Numbered from the stretch's first letter, positions 24,590-38,588 are shown. The stretch is DNA of 64,000 nt from Octopus vulgaris (GCA_951406725.2 OX597835.1:25544001-25608000); one strand, 5' to 3'. Notes: generated from the letters alone by a model not told the origin. A program made the numbers and translations.

Positions 24590-26130
24590 AAGTCATTTGC
24601 ATATCTTGGTCATGGTGTGAAGTCAAGTGCTTCCCTTGATGAGGAAGTGGTCAATGTTTTGTGAAAGCGACTGACACATTTAGCAAACTGCGTCATCACC
24701 TATGGAATGAAAGAGACATTGAACTTGACTCCAAAGTGCATGTCTATAAAGCTGCTGATCTTTCTGCTGTCTTGTATGGCTCAGAATCCAGGAGATCCTA
24801 TATGTGGCACATTAACCAACTATATGTCCTCCACAAAAGCTGTTTCAGGACAATGTGCTGTTATTCACTAAAAGACAGAGTGTCTGAGATGTTGACCTGT
24901 TTAGCAAGTGTAAGATTGGTGGAATTGAGAGCTTCCTTATACAGTTGCAATTGTGTTGGGCAGGCCATGTTGTCAGAATGAGTGTACAACCAGCTTGATA
25001 GTGGACACAGGAATGTTGGTCAACCATGGCTTAGATATAAAGACAAGCTGGAGAGTAAGCTCTCAGTCATCAATATAGCTCACAACACCTATTTCTTTAC
25101 TACCCACAAGGGGCTAAACACAGAGAGGACAAACAAGGACAGACAAACGGATTAAGTCGATTATATTGACCCCAGTGTGTAACTGGTACTTATTTAATCG
25201 ACCCCGAAAGGATGAAAGGCAATGTTGACCTCAGCGGAATTTGAACTCAGAACGTAACGGCAGATGAAATACCTATTTCTTTACTACCCACAAGGGGCTA
25301 AACACAGAGAGGACAAACAAGGACAGACAAACGGATTAAGTCGATTATATTGACTCCAGTGTGTAACTGGTACTTATTTAATCGACCCCCAAAAGGATGA
25401 AAGGCAATGTTGACCTCGGCGGAATTTGAACTCAGAACGTAACGGCAGACGAAATACCTATTTCTTTACTACCCACAAGGGGCTAAACACAGAGGGGACA
25501 AACAAGGACAGACATAGGTATTAAGTCGATTACATCGGCCCCAGTGCATAACTGGTACTTAATTTATCGACCCCGAAAGGATGAAAGGCAATGTTGACCT
25601 CGGCGGAATTTGAACTCAGAACGTAACGGCAGACGAAATACCTATTTCTTTACTACCCACAAGGGGCTAAACACAGAGGGGACAACAAGGACAGACATAG
25701 GTATTAAGTCGATTACATCGGCCCCAGTGCGTAACTGGTACTTAATTTATCGACCCCGAAAGGATGAAAGGCAATGTTGACCTCGGCGGAATTTGAACTC
25801 AGAACATAACAGCAGATGAAATACAGCTACGCATTTCGCCCGGCGTGCTAACGATTCTGCTAACTCGCCGACCTACACCTTTGAGCAACACCTTTGAGCA
25901 AACAGACTTGGAATGAACGAAATAGAAATAGGTATGTCAAAATGGTATATCGAAATTGTTGCAACCAGCATTAACAGGCCTATGGATACAAAGCAAAGGA
26001 GAAAAGCGATTGCAAATACACCGCTTGCCCTGACCTGTAATCCTCGTATTTGCAACATCTGCAGGTTCTTTGCAAATCGTTGGCAGGACTCAAGACAAAG
26101 AAAGTGTAAATTGAAACCAAGGGTAAAGTG
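24590..26130 (+). mobile_element. RTE-clade LINE ORF2 3' remnant, split by a SINE array
   Basis: KATDTFSKLRHHLWNERDIELDSKVHVYKAADLSAVLYGSES (RT thumb region); it continues after 25872 towards a Cys-containing C-terminus. Confidence 0.75.
25087..25872 (-). mobile_element. Tandem tetramer of family-2 SINE with a single tRNA head
   Basis: ACCTATTTCTTTACTACCCAC at 25087, 25271, 25456 and 25640 (184-185 bp period); the head is present only at ~25820-25872. Confidence 0.85.
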
Positions 26131-26179
26131 CATTATATAAATACATATGTATAACATATATTACATATATATGTGTATG

Positions 26180-26263
<84 letters not shown>

Positions 26264-26444
26264 TATGTGTGTGTATATATATATAAACATATAGTTTATA
26301 TATATATATATATATAAATATATGTGTGTGTATATATATATAAACATATAGTTATATATATATATATATATTGATAAAAAGGTAAGATAACAAAAGAAAG
26401 AAAGAGACCTCAATATTATGTAAATAGAGGAAATTTATCTATAC

Positions 26445-26632
26445 AATATGTTACATTACTCGGTAGTCAAGATAAAACTGTGAGTTTCAGATGCCGAAGT
26501 GGAAATTCACAACATCATCTCTTCGGTTATCTGGCTGTTTCAGATAGCCAGATAACCGAAGAGATGATGTTGTGGATTTCCACTTCGGCATCTGAAACTC
26601 AGAGTTTTATCTTGACTACCGAGTAATGTAAC

Positions 26633-26637
<5 letters not shown>
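26445..26637. repeat. Fold-back palindrome (~92-bp arms) with a hammerhead-like motif in each arm (family D)
   Basis: Plus arm 26551-26611: GATAA-CCGAAGA-GATG...GTGGA-tt-TCCAC...CATC-T-GAAA-CTCAGAG-TT-TTATC. Mirror copy at 26471-26531 (-). Confidence 0.8.
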
Positions 26638-26709
<72 letters not shown>

Positions 26710-26913
26710 GATAGATCGTTAGCCACTACACACATTTTTTTCTCTCCTTGTCTTTTCTGTGTCCCTTTCTGTAGAAGAGCATAGACTCGAAATGTAAAAG
26801 ACTTTTTCTATTTCTGAGTGTTATACTAATACATCTGTTTGTTTTGTACACCACCTGTCTTCGTCTTTTGTTTTTTTCATAAATTCTCCCTATATATACA
26901 TATATATATATAC

Positions 26914-26961
<48 letters not shown>

Positions 26962-27118
26962 GCAAGCATGGCTGTGTGGTAAGAAGCTTGGTTCCCAACC
27001 ACATGGTTCTGCATTCAGTCTCACTGCATAGACCTTTGGATAAGTGTCTTCTAATATAACCCCAGGCAGACCAAAACCTTGTAAGTGGATTTAGGGGATG
27101 GAAACTGAAAGAAACTTG

Positions 27119-27162
<44 letters not shown>

Positions 27163-28059
27163 CTGAGTGTATGGATCTGTGTTTGTAACCCCGCCATCAC
27201 TTTGACAACCAGTGATGGTGTGTTTATGTCCTTGTAACTTAGCAGTTCAGCAAAAGAGACTGATAGAATAAGTACCAGGCTTACAAAGAATAAGTCTTGG
27301 GGTCGATTTCTTTGACTAAGACGCTTTCAGGTGGTGCCCCAGCATGGCTGCAGTCAAATGACTGAAGCAAGTAAAACAATAAAGAACACACACACACACA
27401 CACACACACATATTTATTATATATATATGAGAGGAAGTAAATAGAATTCACAAAGGTCTTTATTGTTCACTGTGATTGCTTTGACACATTGTGCACCGGT
27501 GCTTCGTAGGTGCCTCGTAGGTGAGATGCAAACAGTTGTGTGTTGCAGGTGCAGTTGTGTCTTGTCAGGTGACTTGTCAAAAAATACCTAATTTCTTAAG
27601 CTCTGTTTCGCTTGGTAGTTGTAATTTGCTGCTCGTCTAACCGAGAAACTTGGATTATAACGAAGAACACTTCTTGTATAAGTAATAAAGTGTCTTACAA
27701 AGAATCAAAAAATGAAATAAATATAAAAATCAAATAATATGCTTTACACTGATAACACTGTGTAACATGATATTTGTCCTTTAAGGCGGCGAGCTGGCAG
27801 AACCATTAGCACACCAGGCGAAATGCGTAGCCGTATTTCGTCTGCCGTTACGTTTTGAGTTCGAATTCTGCCGCGGTCGACTTTGCCTTTCATCCTTTCG
27901 GGGTCGATAAATTAAGTACCAGTTACGCACTGGGGTTGATGTAATCGACTTAATCCGTTTGTCTGTCCTTGTTTGTCCCCTCTGTGTTTAGCCCCGTGTG
28001 GGTAGTAAAGAAACAGATATTTGTCCATGAGTAGCCAACTGTTATTTCCCATGTTCCAC

Positions 28060-28645
28060 CAAACATCCCAGTTCACTGTCATTTCCTCCATGAGCCCCAA
28101 CACCCTAAGATCAGTCCTCACCACTTAATCCCATGTCTTCCTGGGTCTCCCTCTTCCACAGGTACCATCCACTTTCTGTGACAGGTACTTCTGTATACGG
28201 CTGTCTTCGCTCATATACATCACATGTCCAAACCAATGCAGTCTCCCCTCCTGCATACCACATTTAATCCCTCTCATGCCTAACTTTTCTCTCAACTGTG
28301 CTTTGTTGGTCATGCACACTGATGCTGCAAATCCAATGAAGCATACTACCTTCATTCCTCTCCAGCCTTGCATGTCCTCCGTAGTCAGGGCTCATGTCTC
28401 ACTACCATATAACATAGCCATTCTCACACAGGCATCATACAATCTACCTTAGACTCTGACAGATAGTCCTATTGCTGCCAACAGAAGTGGTAGTTCTCTG
28501 AAGTTCCTCCACCCTATTTTTATTCTAGAAACAATACTTTCAGAGCATCCACCACCGTTACTAATTTGGTCACCTAAATAGCAGAAACTAGCTACTACCT
28601 CAAGAGAGCCTTTGAGAGAGTTTAAGTCCCTTGTGCTCTTAGTGT

Positions 28646-28647
<2 letters not shown>
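28060..28647 (-). mobile_element. RTE-clade LINE ORF2 remnant
   Basis: LEVVASFCYLGDQISNGGGCSESIVSRIKIGWRNFRELPLL; LREKLGMRGIKCGMQEGRLHWFGHV; GTCGRGRPRKTWD. Confidence 0.85.
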
Positions 28648-28711
<64 letters not shown>

Positions 28712-28761
28712 TCAGAGCACAAGGGACTTAAACTCTCTCAAAGGCTCTCTTGAGGTAGTAG

Positions 28762-28972
28762 ATAATCGGTGGACGCACGCAGTTGTTGAGTGGTACCCGC
28801 GTGAGCGGAAAAGACCACCCGGAAGACCTCCATGACGGTGGAGTGACGATTTCAAGAGGACGATTGGGATCACGTGGATGAGAAAGGTGCGATCCAGAGA
28901 GGAGTGGACAGCGTGCTGTGACCAGCGATGTCAAATGGACGCCTGACGGACTGGTCGGTCAAAGTGAAGTGA
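28762..28972 (+). mobile_element. 3' end of a second RTE-type LINE
   Basis: [48 protein letters not shown]; near-identical copy at 52035-52250. Confidence 0.8.
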
Positions 28973-29843
28973 TATATATATATATATATTTACAGTGCTT
29001 TACACTGATAACACTATTTAACAGGATTGTTGTCCTTGGGTAGCCACTGTTATTTCCTATTTGTTTACCTATTGAAAATATGAAAAATGGCTAATATTTT
29101 CTTCAAACTTTGCTTTTGTTACATTTATTCAAACGCCAAAGAATACCTCTCAATACATGGCTATGATGCCCCCCTACTAACAGCGATCACGAGCATATTG
29201 TCAGCCACTAAGGGACGTGGTTAAGTGGCTAAGGTCAAGCAAATGACAAGCAAATCTGTGGTATTGTGCAGAATATTTGCTATAATATTATTTCTGCTTC
29301 AGCAACTTGGCACTGAATCTGTCTGAAATGTAATGTAAAATAGGTCAGTTCCAAAACATTGATGTTCAGGTCACAAAAGCAAAGTTTGAAGAGAATAGCA
29401 GTGATTTCCTTTGATTCCTAGATAGAAGCAAATAGGAAGTGTATATATATATGTATAGTTAATCCAAACATGAAAACACAAAGAGAAAACACAACAACGT
29501 GAGGACGTGGAACAAGTATAGTGTTATTGGACGCTCAGGAAAGGAAAGAAAGAAGGAGGATTTAATGTTTTGAGTGGAGCTCTTTGTCAGAAATATAGGA
29601 AAAGGAAAGATCCAAAGAAGGGAAGACGGATGAAAAACAATCGCCAATGGTACACATGTGGTCACACACATATATATATATATATATATATACACTTTTA
29701 TTTGAAGACAAAAAAATACTAAATTTTGTTACACTGTGTTATGAAACATGTTAAATGAAACTATAAAACAATCAAGGATAAAACAGAAAACTCAATCAGA
29801 TTTGCAGACTGACCCTAGGTGACCTTTACATTTTCAGTAACCA

Positions 29844-29887
<44 letters not shown>

Positions 29888-30047
29888 ATATCACCATCAT
29901 CATTTAACGTCCGTGTTCCATGCTAGCACGTGGCACATACATACGTATATACATACATACATACATATATATAAATATACATACATACATATATATATAT
30001 ATATATGCATACATATATATGTATGTGTGTGTATGTATGTATATGTG

Positions 30048-30096
<49 letters not shown>

Positions 30097-30163
30097 TCAT
30101 CATCGTTTAACATCTGTGTTCCATGCTAGCATGTGTGGCATATATATATAAATATATATATAT

Positions 30164-30430
30164 ATCTTATAATTAAGGGCTAAAGAAGTTTATTCTATAG
30201 CCAATACACTGATTTATCCACTTATAATCCACTTGTTACAGGATGATTGAACTGAAAGCGGGCAACTAACCTTTAGAAAATTTAAACGAAATTTAGAGAT
30301 AACGAAATTTAAATTTTCTAAAGGTTAGTTGCCCGCTTTCAGTTCAATCATCCTGTACCAAGTGGATTATAAGGGGATAAATCAGTGTATTGGCTATAGA
30401 ATAAACTTCTTTAGCCCTTAATTATAAGAT
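30164..30430. repeat. Fold-back inverted repeat, ~122-bp arms
   Basis: ATCTTATAATTAAGGGCTAAAGAAG...AGAAAATTTAAA pairs with TTTAAATTTTCT...CTTCTTTAGCCCTTAATTATAAGAT. A related non-folded copy is at ~53015-53190. Confidence 0.85.
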
Positions 30431-31326
30431 GTTTATACTTCAACCGTAATGGTTTTTTTAATATACTGCCACGCTTTTTGATGGAATCCTTTTCTGTAGA
30501 GAAAGGGACTTCATCCTATATTGTTAGTAGTATAAATATATATATATATATATATGCATATATATATAAACTTGGAGAAGTTTATATATGCATGTAGATG
30601 TAAGTATGTATATATATGTATGTATATATGCATATATTTTATTTATTTATTATATTACTATATATATATATATATATATATATGTGTATATATACATATA
30701 TCTATACATATTTGTATATATACATATATCTATACATATATAAATACACACACACACACACACAAAATGCAGACATACACAAACAGCTACTAGAGATAAA
30801 TGCTGAGGACTGTTTGTAATATGTTACAACATCTAGGTCATTGTGTTTTCCTAGTCTATCCATGGTGCTAAGCAAAATATTTGGAAAATATTTCCTGCTC
30901 TTTTCATCATGAAGACGGACATAACTTCACACGATAAGCAGTGGTTTTTAGATGCTAAAGGCTTAGGATAGGCTGCCATGCCGGACCAGTTGCCACCAGA
31001 GTCTGATCCACTTATTTGATAAACTACTCTATTAACTTATTCAACATAAACATGACGTGGACAAAGTTTTTGTTAGTTCTGTGCCTTGTTGTTGTTTAGT
31101 CCACAGTCAGCCCTGATTGGGAAAAACCTAGCATTATAGCATTTCAGCTGTGGTTATATCTGAGTTTTTAATTCTTATTTATAGGTGTCTAGATTACTCT
31201 TTTACTTGTTTCAGTCATTTGACTGTGGCCATGCTGGAGCACCGCCTTTAAGATTGTTTCATATATCCTTTCCATTTTTTTTTTTATGCAGTCCATTCAG
31301 CTAAATGACCAGACATGTTTCTTTAT

Positions 31327-31472
<146 letters not shown>

Positions 31473-32620
31473 GAACGTATGCAGACACACGCATATGTCC
31501 ACACACTAATCTTTCTCTCTGTATGTATACACATATATACATACATACACACACACACATATATATGTGAGAAGAAAACAGTAAAACCAATAAAAAAAGT
31601 AAAAACAGTAAAAAACAGAACAATGAGAACAAAACAATAAAAACAAATGGTTAAGGCTGTTAAGCCAAGATGATAGGAAAATTATTATGAATACTAGGAA
31701 GACAAGCTTATGAGAGGAGACATATATATATATATATATACACACACACATACATATACATCCTCCTATCACACATCTACATCCACACATCATCATCATC
31801 ATCGTCATCATTGTCATCATCGTTTAACGTCCGTTTTCCATGCTAGCATGGGTTGGACAGTTCGACCGGGGTCTGGGAAGGCAGGAGGCTGCACCAGGCT
31901 CCAGTCTGATCTGGCAGTGTTTCTACAGCTGGATGCCCTTCCTAACTTCAACCACTCCGTGAGTGTAGTGGGTGCTTTTTACATGCTCCGGCACAGGTGC
32001 CAGGGAAGGCTGGAAACGGCCACGATTGGTTGGTGGTTTTTACATGCCACCAACACGGAAGCCAGTCAAGGTGGCGCTGGCATCGGCCATGTATAGATGG
32101 TGCTTTTTACGTGCCAGGGTAGGCTGGCAACGGCCATGAACAGTTGATACTTTTTACGTGCCACCGGCACGGAAGTCAGTCAAGGCGGCGCTGGCATCGG
32201 TCACATACAGATGGTGCTTTTTACGTGCCACCAGCACAGATGCCAGGGGAGGCTGGCAACGGCCACGATCGGTTGGTGCTCTTTACGTGCCACCGGCATG
32301 GAAGCCAGTTAAGGCGGTGCTCCATATAAATATAAATATATGTATATTTTCAGAAGACAAACACATATTTTGATAAAAAAATGAATGGAAAGACATATTC
32401 GAAATGCACTGAATGCACAGACGAATGGGGAACAAACACAGAAGTTCACCAATTCCTCATCAGTTTTTAGCCAAAGTGTCAAGAGCACTTTTGTGCCATT
32501 ATCGATTCCATTGCATCCACCTTGGCGGCAACCAGCAAGAAAGCTTGCTGGGAATGTGACCAAAACATAACAAAATAAGTTAATGCAGGATAAATTCAAA
32601 GGTGCAGGAGTAGCTGTGTG

Positions 32621-33000
32621 GTAAGTAGCTTGCTTACCAACCACATGGTTCCGGGTTCAGTCCCACTTCATGGCATCTTGGGCAAATGTCTTCTGCTATA
32701 GCCCCGGGCCGACCAATGCCTTGTGAGTGGATTTGGTAGACGGAAACTGAAAGAGGCCCTTTGTATATATGTATGTGTGTGTATATGTTTGTGTGTCTGT
32801 GTTTGTCCTCCTAGCATTGCTTGACAACCGATGCTGGTGTGGTTATGTCCCCGTCACTTAGTGGTTCGGCAAAAGAAACCGATAGAATAAGTACGGAGCT
32901 TACAAAGAATAAGTCCCGGGGTCGATGTGCTCGACTAAAGGCGGTGCTCCAGCATGGCCACAGTCAAATGGCTGAAACAAGTAAAAGAAAGAAAGAGAGA
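32621..33000 (+). mobile_element. tRNA-derived CORE-like SINE family 1, full length
   Basis: GGAGTRGCTGTGTGGTAAG (A box), GGTTCAGTCCC (B box), CCTTGGGCAAGTG core, internal (TA/TG)n, tail ACTGAAACAAGTAAAAGA. Confidence 0.85.
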
Positions 33001-34760
33001 ACAGTGTGAATAAATAAGCATTACTTAGCAGAAACTTTCTACCTGTTTTATGTGCAAACCAGCCAGATATGGCCTCTCACACCAAACCTACAGTGTCATA
33101 TTATAAATATACAATCGCATCATTGAAATCTCAAAGCTACAAGATAATACATGATTAATTACAAGCAATGTCAATATGGCAATCGTTCAATTATCGCAGG
33201 TGTTAGGTTCGAAACCCTCCCCCCTCACAATATCCACAAAGTAGAAACAATACTGTACTGTTTATTTTTTTAATTATATTTATAATTTCTATATCATCAT
33301 CATCATCGTTTAACGTCCGCTTTCCATGCTAGCATGGGTTGGACGATTTTGACTGTGGGCTGGCGAACCAGATGGCTGCACCAGGCTCCAGTCTTGATCT
33401 GGCAGAGTTTCTACAGCTGGATGCCCTTCCTAACGCCAACCACTCCAAGAGTGTAGTGGGTGCTTTTACGTGCCACCGGCATGAGGTCAAGTCAGGCAGT
33501 ACTGGCAACGACCTTGCTCGAATTTTTTTTTTACACATGCCAAACAAATGCAAAACAACGTCACACACTCGCCTCCCGAGTTTTGTTTTCCATACAGTAT
33601 ATTCAATTCTTTTTTTACTCATCTACGGTACACTACGTATTTTCTTTTGATATATTTTAATTAATGTGTTATATAGTGCAGTGCAGTACTGCATTTTTTT
33701 ATTTATTAATTTATTAATTTTTAAGTGTGAAAATGCTTATTTTATCACAGAAATAACTAAAATCTAAAAAAATATAAATGCCTATTGGCTGCAGAAACCC
33801 ATGATATACTGAGGAGTCCATGTGGGCCTAATGAGTGTTGGGCCTCTCTGAGGCAATGACTGAGGCCTTTGGCATTATGTTGTGCTTGAGATGAAGACCC
33901 ACCAAGCTGAGCAAAATTGCAGTCATGACAGATATGAGCCTCATGGAGGCAAAGCGGCTGAGCTCCTTTTGAGTGTTGGGCCTCTCTGAGGCAATGACTG
34001 AGGCCTTTGGCGTTATGTTGTGCTTGAGATGAAGACCCGTCAAGCTGAGCAGAATTGCAGTCATGGCAGATACTGTTGTCACGCAAATGGTACCCATGAT
34101 GGTGACACTTAAAAGTACCCATTACACTCTTGGAGCAGTTGGCATTTAGAAGGGCATCCAGCCATAGAAACCATGCCAAATCAGACTGGAGTCTGGTGCA
34201 GCCTTCCAGCTTGTCAGCCCCAGTGAAACCATTCAACCCATGGACAATGGAAGTTAAATGATGATGATTTTCCAGAAAAATCCATGATGTACTGAGGGCA
34301 CGATAGATGAACTACAATATGGCGAGTGATTACTTCTCTCAGTTTCTGTCTCCCAAATCCACTCACAAGTCTTTGGTCAGCCTGAGGCTGTGGTAGAAGA
34401 CACTTGCCCAATGTGCCACACGGTGGGACTGAACCTTAAACCATGTGGTTGGGAAGCAAGTTTCTTATCATACAGCCATGCCTGAACCTATGCACACAAA
34501 CACACACATTATTGACAAAGTAATCTGAATGCTTAAGGGTTAAAGTGCATTTGGTAGTGGGGCCCTGGTTTCAGAGCCCCAGGGTTTTGGGGTGTGTGGA
34601 ATCACCTTTTAACCTCTATTGGCATCTTTCCATCCTGAAAAAGGAGGCCAGATTTACTGTAATGTTTATATGCATCCCTTATTTGTTGCATATTCTTGAC
34701 TCTGTACGAACTACTTCTCTCAACATTATTACATAATATATATTGTTTGTTTATCTCTTT

Positions 34761-34815
<55 letters not shown>

Positions 34816-35862
34816 GTTATATTTTATAAGAGGTATGGTGAAAGTGATTTTGAAGTTTTGGGCTGTTCACCTTCATCAGATTGAATCAGACAGTGTGTGT
34901 GTGTGTGTGTGTGTGTTGCATGCATGCGTGTGTGTGTGTGTATAAATATATATGTAAGGTGGCGAACTGGCAGAATCCTTAGTATGCCAGGCGAAATGTG
35001 TCACCGTATTTCGTCTGCCACTACGTTCTGAGTTCAAATTCCGCCGAGGTCAACTTTGCCTTTCATCCTTTCGAGGTCGATAAATTAAGTACCAGTTATG
35101 CACTGGGGTCGATATAATCGGCTTAATCCGTGTGTCTGTCCTTGTTTGTCCCCTCTGTGTTTAGCCCCTTGTGGGTAGTAAAGAAATAGGTATAAATATA
35201 TATGTATGCATATGTATGTGTGTGTGTGTGTGGAGTGTCATGCGTGATGGGGAGACACCAGTATGACAATCCTTTGTGATGTACTTTCCAGGCTAATCTT
35301 GTTTCTTCATTTCCTTCATTCTTGAACATTCCTTTCTTGAATATTTTGGTAGTGGTGGTGGTGGTTATGGTGGTAGTTGTGGTGGTTGAAGTTGAGGTAA
35401 TTGTGGTGACGACACAGGATGTGATTGAAGAAATTGTGATGTTGGTAGAGTATTTTGTGGTGGTGGTTGTGGTCGTGGTTGTGTTGTTCATGTTGTAGTG
35501 GTGGTGATGGTAGCGGTGGTGGTGTATTGTTGCTATAAATGTGGTAGTCATAGGAAATGTAGTAGTGGTGGTGAGCATGTATTTCTCTCATCACAGGCAC
35601 TCTTCCTGTTGACTACACTGCACCAAACTGTACATTTTGCTTTTCTTTTTCCTTCTTTCTCACTTCATAATAACTGTTAAGAGTAATAATTATTAAGAGT
35701 ATAGAGTACTCTTTATAATTATTATTACTAATTATTATTACTAATATATACTGCAGACAATATTACTATCCAGTGAAGCGAACATGAGTTTACCTATAGG
35801 AAAATTCACAGTGATAAACAACTAACAGCAGTTACAGATGTTAAAAAAAAAAAAAAATTTAT

Positions 35863-36028
35863 AGGCGTAGGAGTGGCTGTGTGGTAAGCAGCTTGCTTAC
35901 CAACCACATGGTTCCGTGTTCAGTCCCACTGCGTGGCACCATGGGCAAGTGTCTTCTACTATAGCCCCGGGCCAACCAAAGCCTTGTCAGTGGATTTGGT
36001 AGACGGAAACTGAAAGAAGCCCGTCGTA

Positions 36029-36081
<53 letters not shown>

Positions 36082-36305
36082 ATATGTTTGTGTGTCTGTG
36101 TTTGTCACCCCAACATCGCTTGACAACCGATGCTGGTGTGTTTACGTCCCAGTCACTTAGCGGTTCGGCAAAAGAGACCGATAGAATAAGTACTAGGCTT
36201 ACAAAGAATAAGTCCTGGGGTCGATTTGCTCGACTAAAAAAGGTGGTGCTCCAGCATGGCCACAGTCAAATGACTGAAACAAGTAAAAGAGTAACAGAGT
36301 AAAGA
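35863..36305 (+). mobile_element. SINE family 1, full length
   Basis: Same structure as 32621-33000. Other near-full copies at ~26965-27385(+), 39200-39638(-), 55004-55396(+), 57052-57421(-), 57922-58308(+) and 63546-63951(-), plus many fragments. Confidence 0.85.
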
Positions 36306-36387
36306 GTGTGGTTAGCTATAAACTGGAACTTTACTGAGAGCCACCATGGTATCTGTCTAGATAATATAGCTCTCCAAACTGATGTAG

Positions 36388-37183
36388 TGTATGGATGAGG
36401 ACAGCTATGTGAAAAAGTGTCACACTGTAGCAGGAGAAGGAACCTGTGGAAGAGGTAGACCCAGGAAGACCTGGGATGAGGTGGTGAAGCATGACTTTCG
36501 AATGTGGGGCCTCACCGAGATGATGACAAGTGACCGAGATCTTTGGAGATATGCTGTACTTGAGAAGACCTGGCAAGCTAAGTGAGACCATCAGCATGGC
36601 CTATGCCAGTGCAGCATAACCAGCCCATTTAAGAGTACCCTTCTATCATTGGGCAATAAACTGTGTTTGTGAAGACCTGTTGAGGCAAGTGAAGTCATTG
36701 TCGTGGCCGATGACAGTAACACCTGATTGGCATCTGTCTAGTGGCGTGTAAAAAGCAACATTTAAGCGTGGTTGATACAAGTGTCACCAGACTGGTCCCG
36801 TGCCAGTGGCACGTAAAAAGCACCATTCAATCATGATCATTGCCAGTACTGTCTGACTGGCTCCTGCGTCAGTGGCACATAAAAGCACCATTTGAGCATA
36901 ATCAGTATGAGCGCCACCTGACTGGCCCCCATGCCAGTGGCATGTAAAAAGCACCATTCAAGTGTGGTCAGTGCCAGTACTGCTTGATAGCCCTCATGCC
37001 AGTGGGACCTAAAAAGCACCCACTACACTCTTGGAGTGGTTGGCATTAAGAAGGGCATCCAGGTGTAGAAATTTTGCCAGTTCGAATTGGAGCCTGGTGC
37101 AGCCCTCTGGCTTGCCAGCCCTCAGTCAAACCATCCAACCCATGCCAACATGGAAAGCAGATGTTAAATGATGACGATGATGA
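36388..37183 (+). mobile_element. RTE LINE 3' end: ORF2 C-terminus, repetitive 3'UTR and (GAT)n tail
   Basis: MDEDSYVKKCHTVAGEGTCGRGRPRKTWDEVVKHD...DRDLWRYAVLEKTWQAK* followed by about five GTGGCACGTAAAAAGCACC units and the family-3 tail. Confidence 0.85.
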
Positions 37184-38143
37184 TATATATATATATATAT
37201 ATACACATACATAATGGACTCTCACATCGTTAGACGATGTATGAGAGTACAACAGTTCCTTACTGAACAACCACACAGATGACTTGTTTATAGTGATCAA
37301 AATGTTTGTGTAGATATAAGCTCACTCCCTTGGTCAGATCGACGTTACCTGTACAGGTGCAATGGGTGCCACATGTCAGATGTCGCAATGATCACAGAGC
37401 AGGGTGAAATGAAATGCTTTGCTCAAGAACACAATGCAACACCCGGTCTGGGAATTGAACCCACGATCTTGCAATCATGAGTGCAGCACCCTAGTCACTA
37501 AGCTATGCTGCCTTCACTAATATATATATATATATAATATATATGTATCATCATCATCATCATCATCATCGTTTAATGTCCGTTTTCCGCGCTAGCACGG
37601 GTTGGACGGTTTCGACTGGGGTCTGGGGAGCCAGGGGCTGCCCCAGGCTCCAGTCTGGTCTGGCAGTGTTTCTACAGCTGGATGCCCTTCCTAACGCCAA
37701 CCACTCCGCGAGTGTAGTGGGTGCTTTTTACGTGCCACCTGCACAGGTGCCAGAGGGGTCTGGCATCGGCCACGGTCAGTTGGTGCTTTTTATGTGCCAC
37801 CTGCACAGAAGCCAGTCGGAGCGGTGCTGGCATCGGCCACGTTCGGATGGTGCTTTTTATGTGGGGGGAGGGTGCAGAAATATAGGGGAGCACCAGTGGG
37901 GAGGGGTGTTCGGAGAAACAATGACAGGTTCTAGACAAGTAGAACGTAGGATATCACGAGAGGGGTAATGCATGGTGAAATAGCGTATTGAAGAGGGGGG
38001 TTCGAAGAGTAGACACCTATAATGGTGGTGGGAGAAGCGACAACCGGTATAGATGGAGCAAAAATATAGAGATATCCGGTATTGGTGGTGGGGGTGGGCA
38101 AGGGCGGGTGCACCGGGAATATGCGAAGGTTGAACTTGACGGG

Positions 38144-38178
<35 letters not shown>

Positions 38179-38181
<3 letters not shown>

Positions 38182-38588
38182 AGTCGCTGTGTGTTAAGTA
38201 ACTTGCTTACCAACCACATGGTTCTGGGTTAAGACCCGCTGCGTGGCACCTTGGGCAAGTGTCTTCTACTATAGCCTCGGGCCGACCAAAGCCTTGTGAG
38301 TGGATTTAGTTGACAGAAACTGAAAGAAGCCCGTCGTATATATATATATATATATATATATATTTCTTTATTACCCACAAGGGGCTACACACAGAGGGGA
38401 CAAACAAGGACAGACAAATGGATTAAATCGATTACATCAACCCCAGTGCATGACTGGTACTTAATTTATCGACCCCGAAAGGATGAAAGGCAAAGTCAAC
38501 CTCGGCGGAATTTGAACTCAGAACGTTGCGGCAGACGAAATACAGCTACACATTTCGCCCGGCGTGCAAACGTTTCTGCCAGCTCGCC

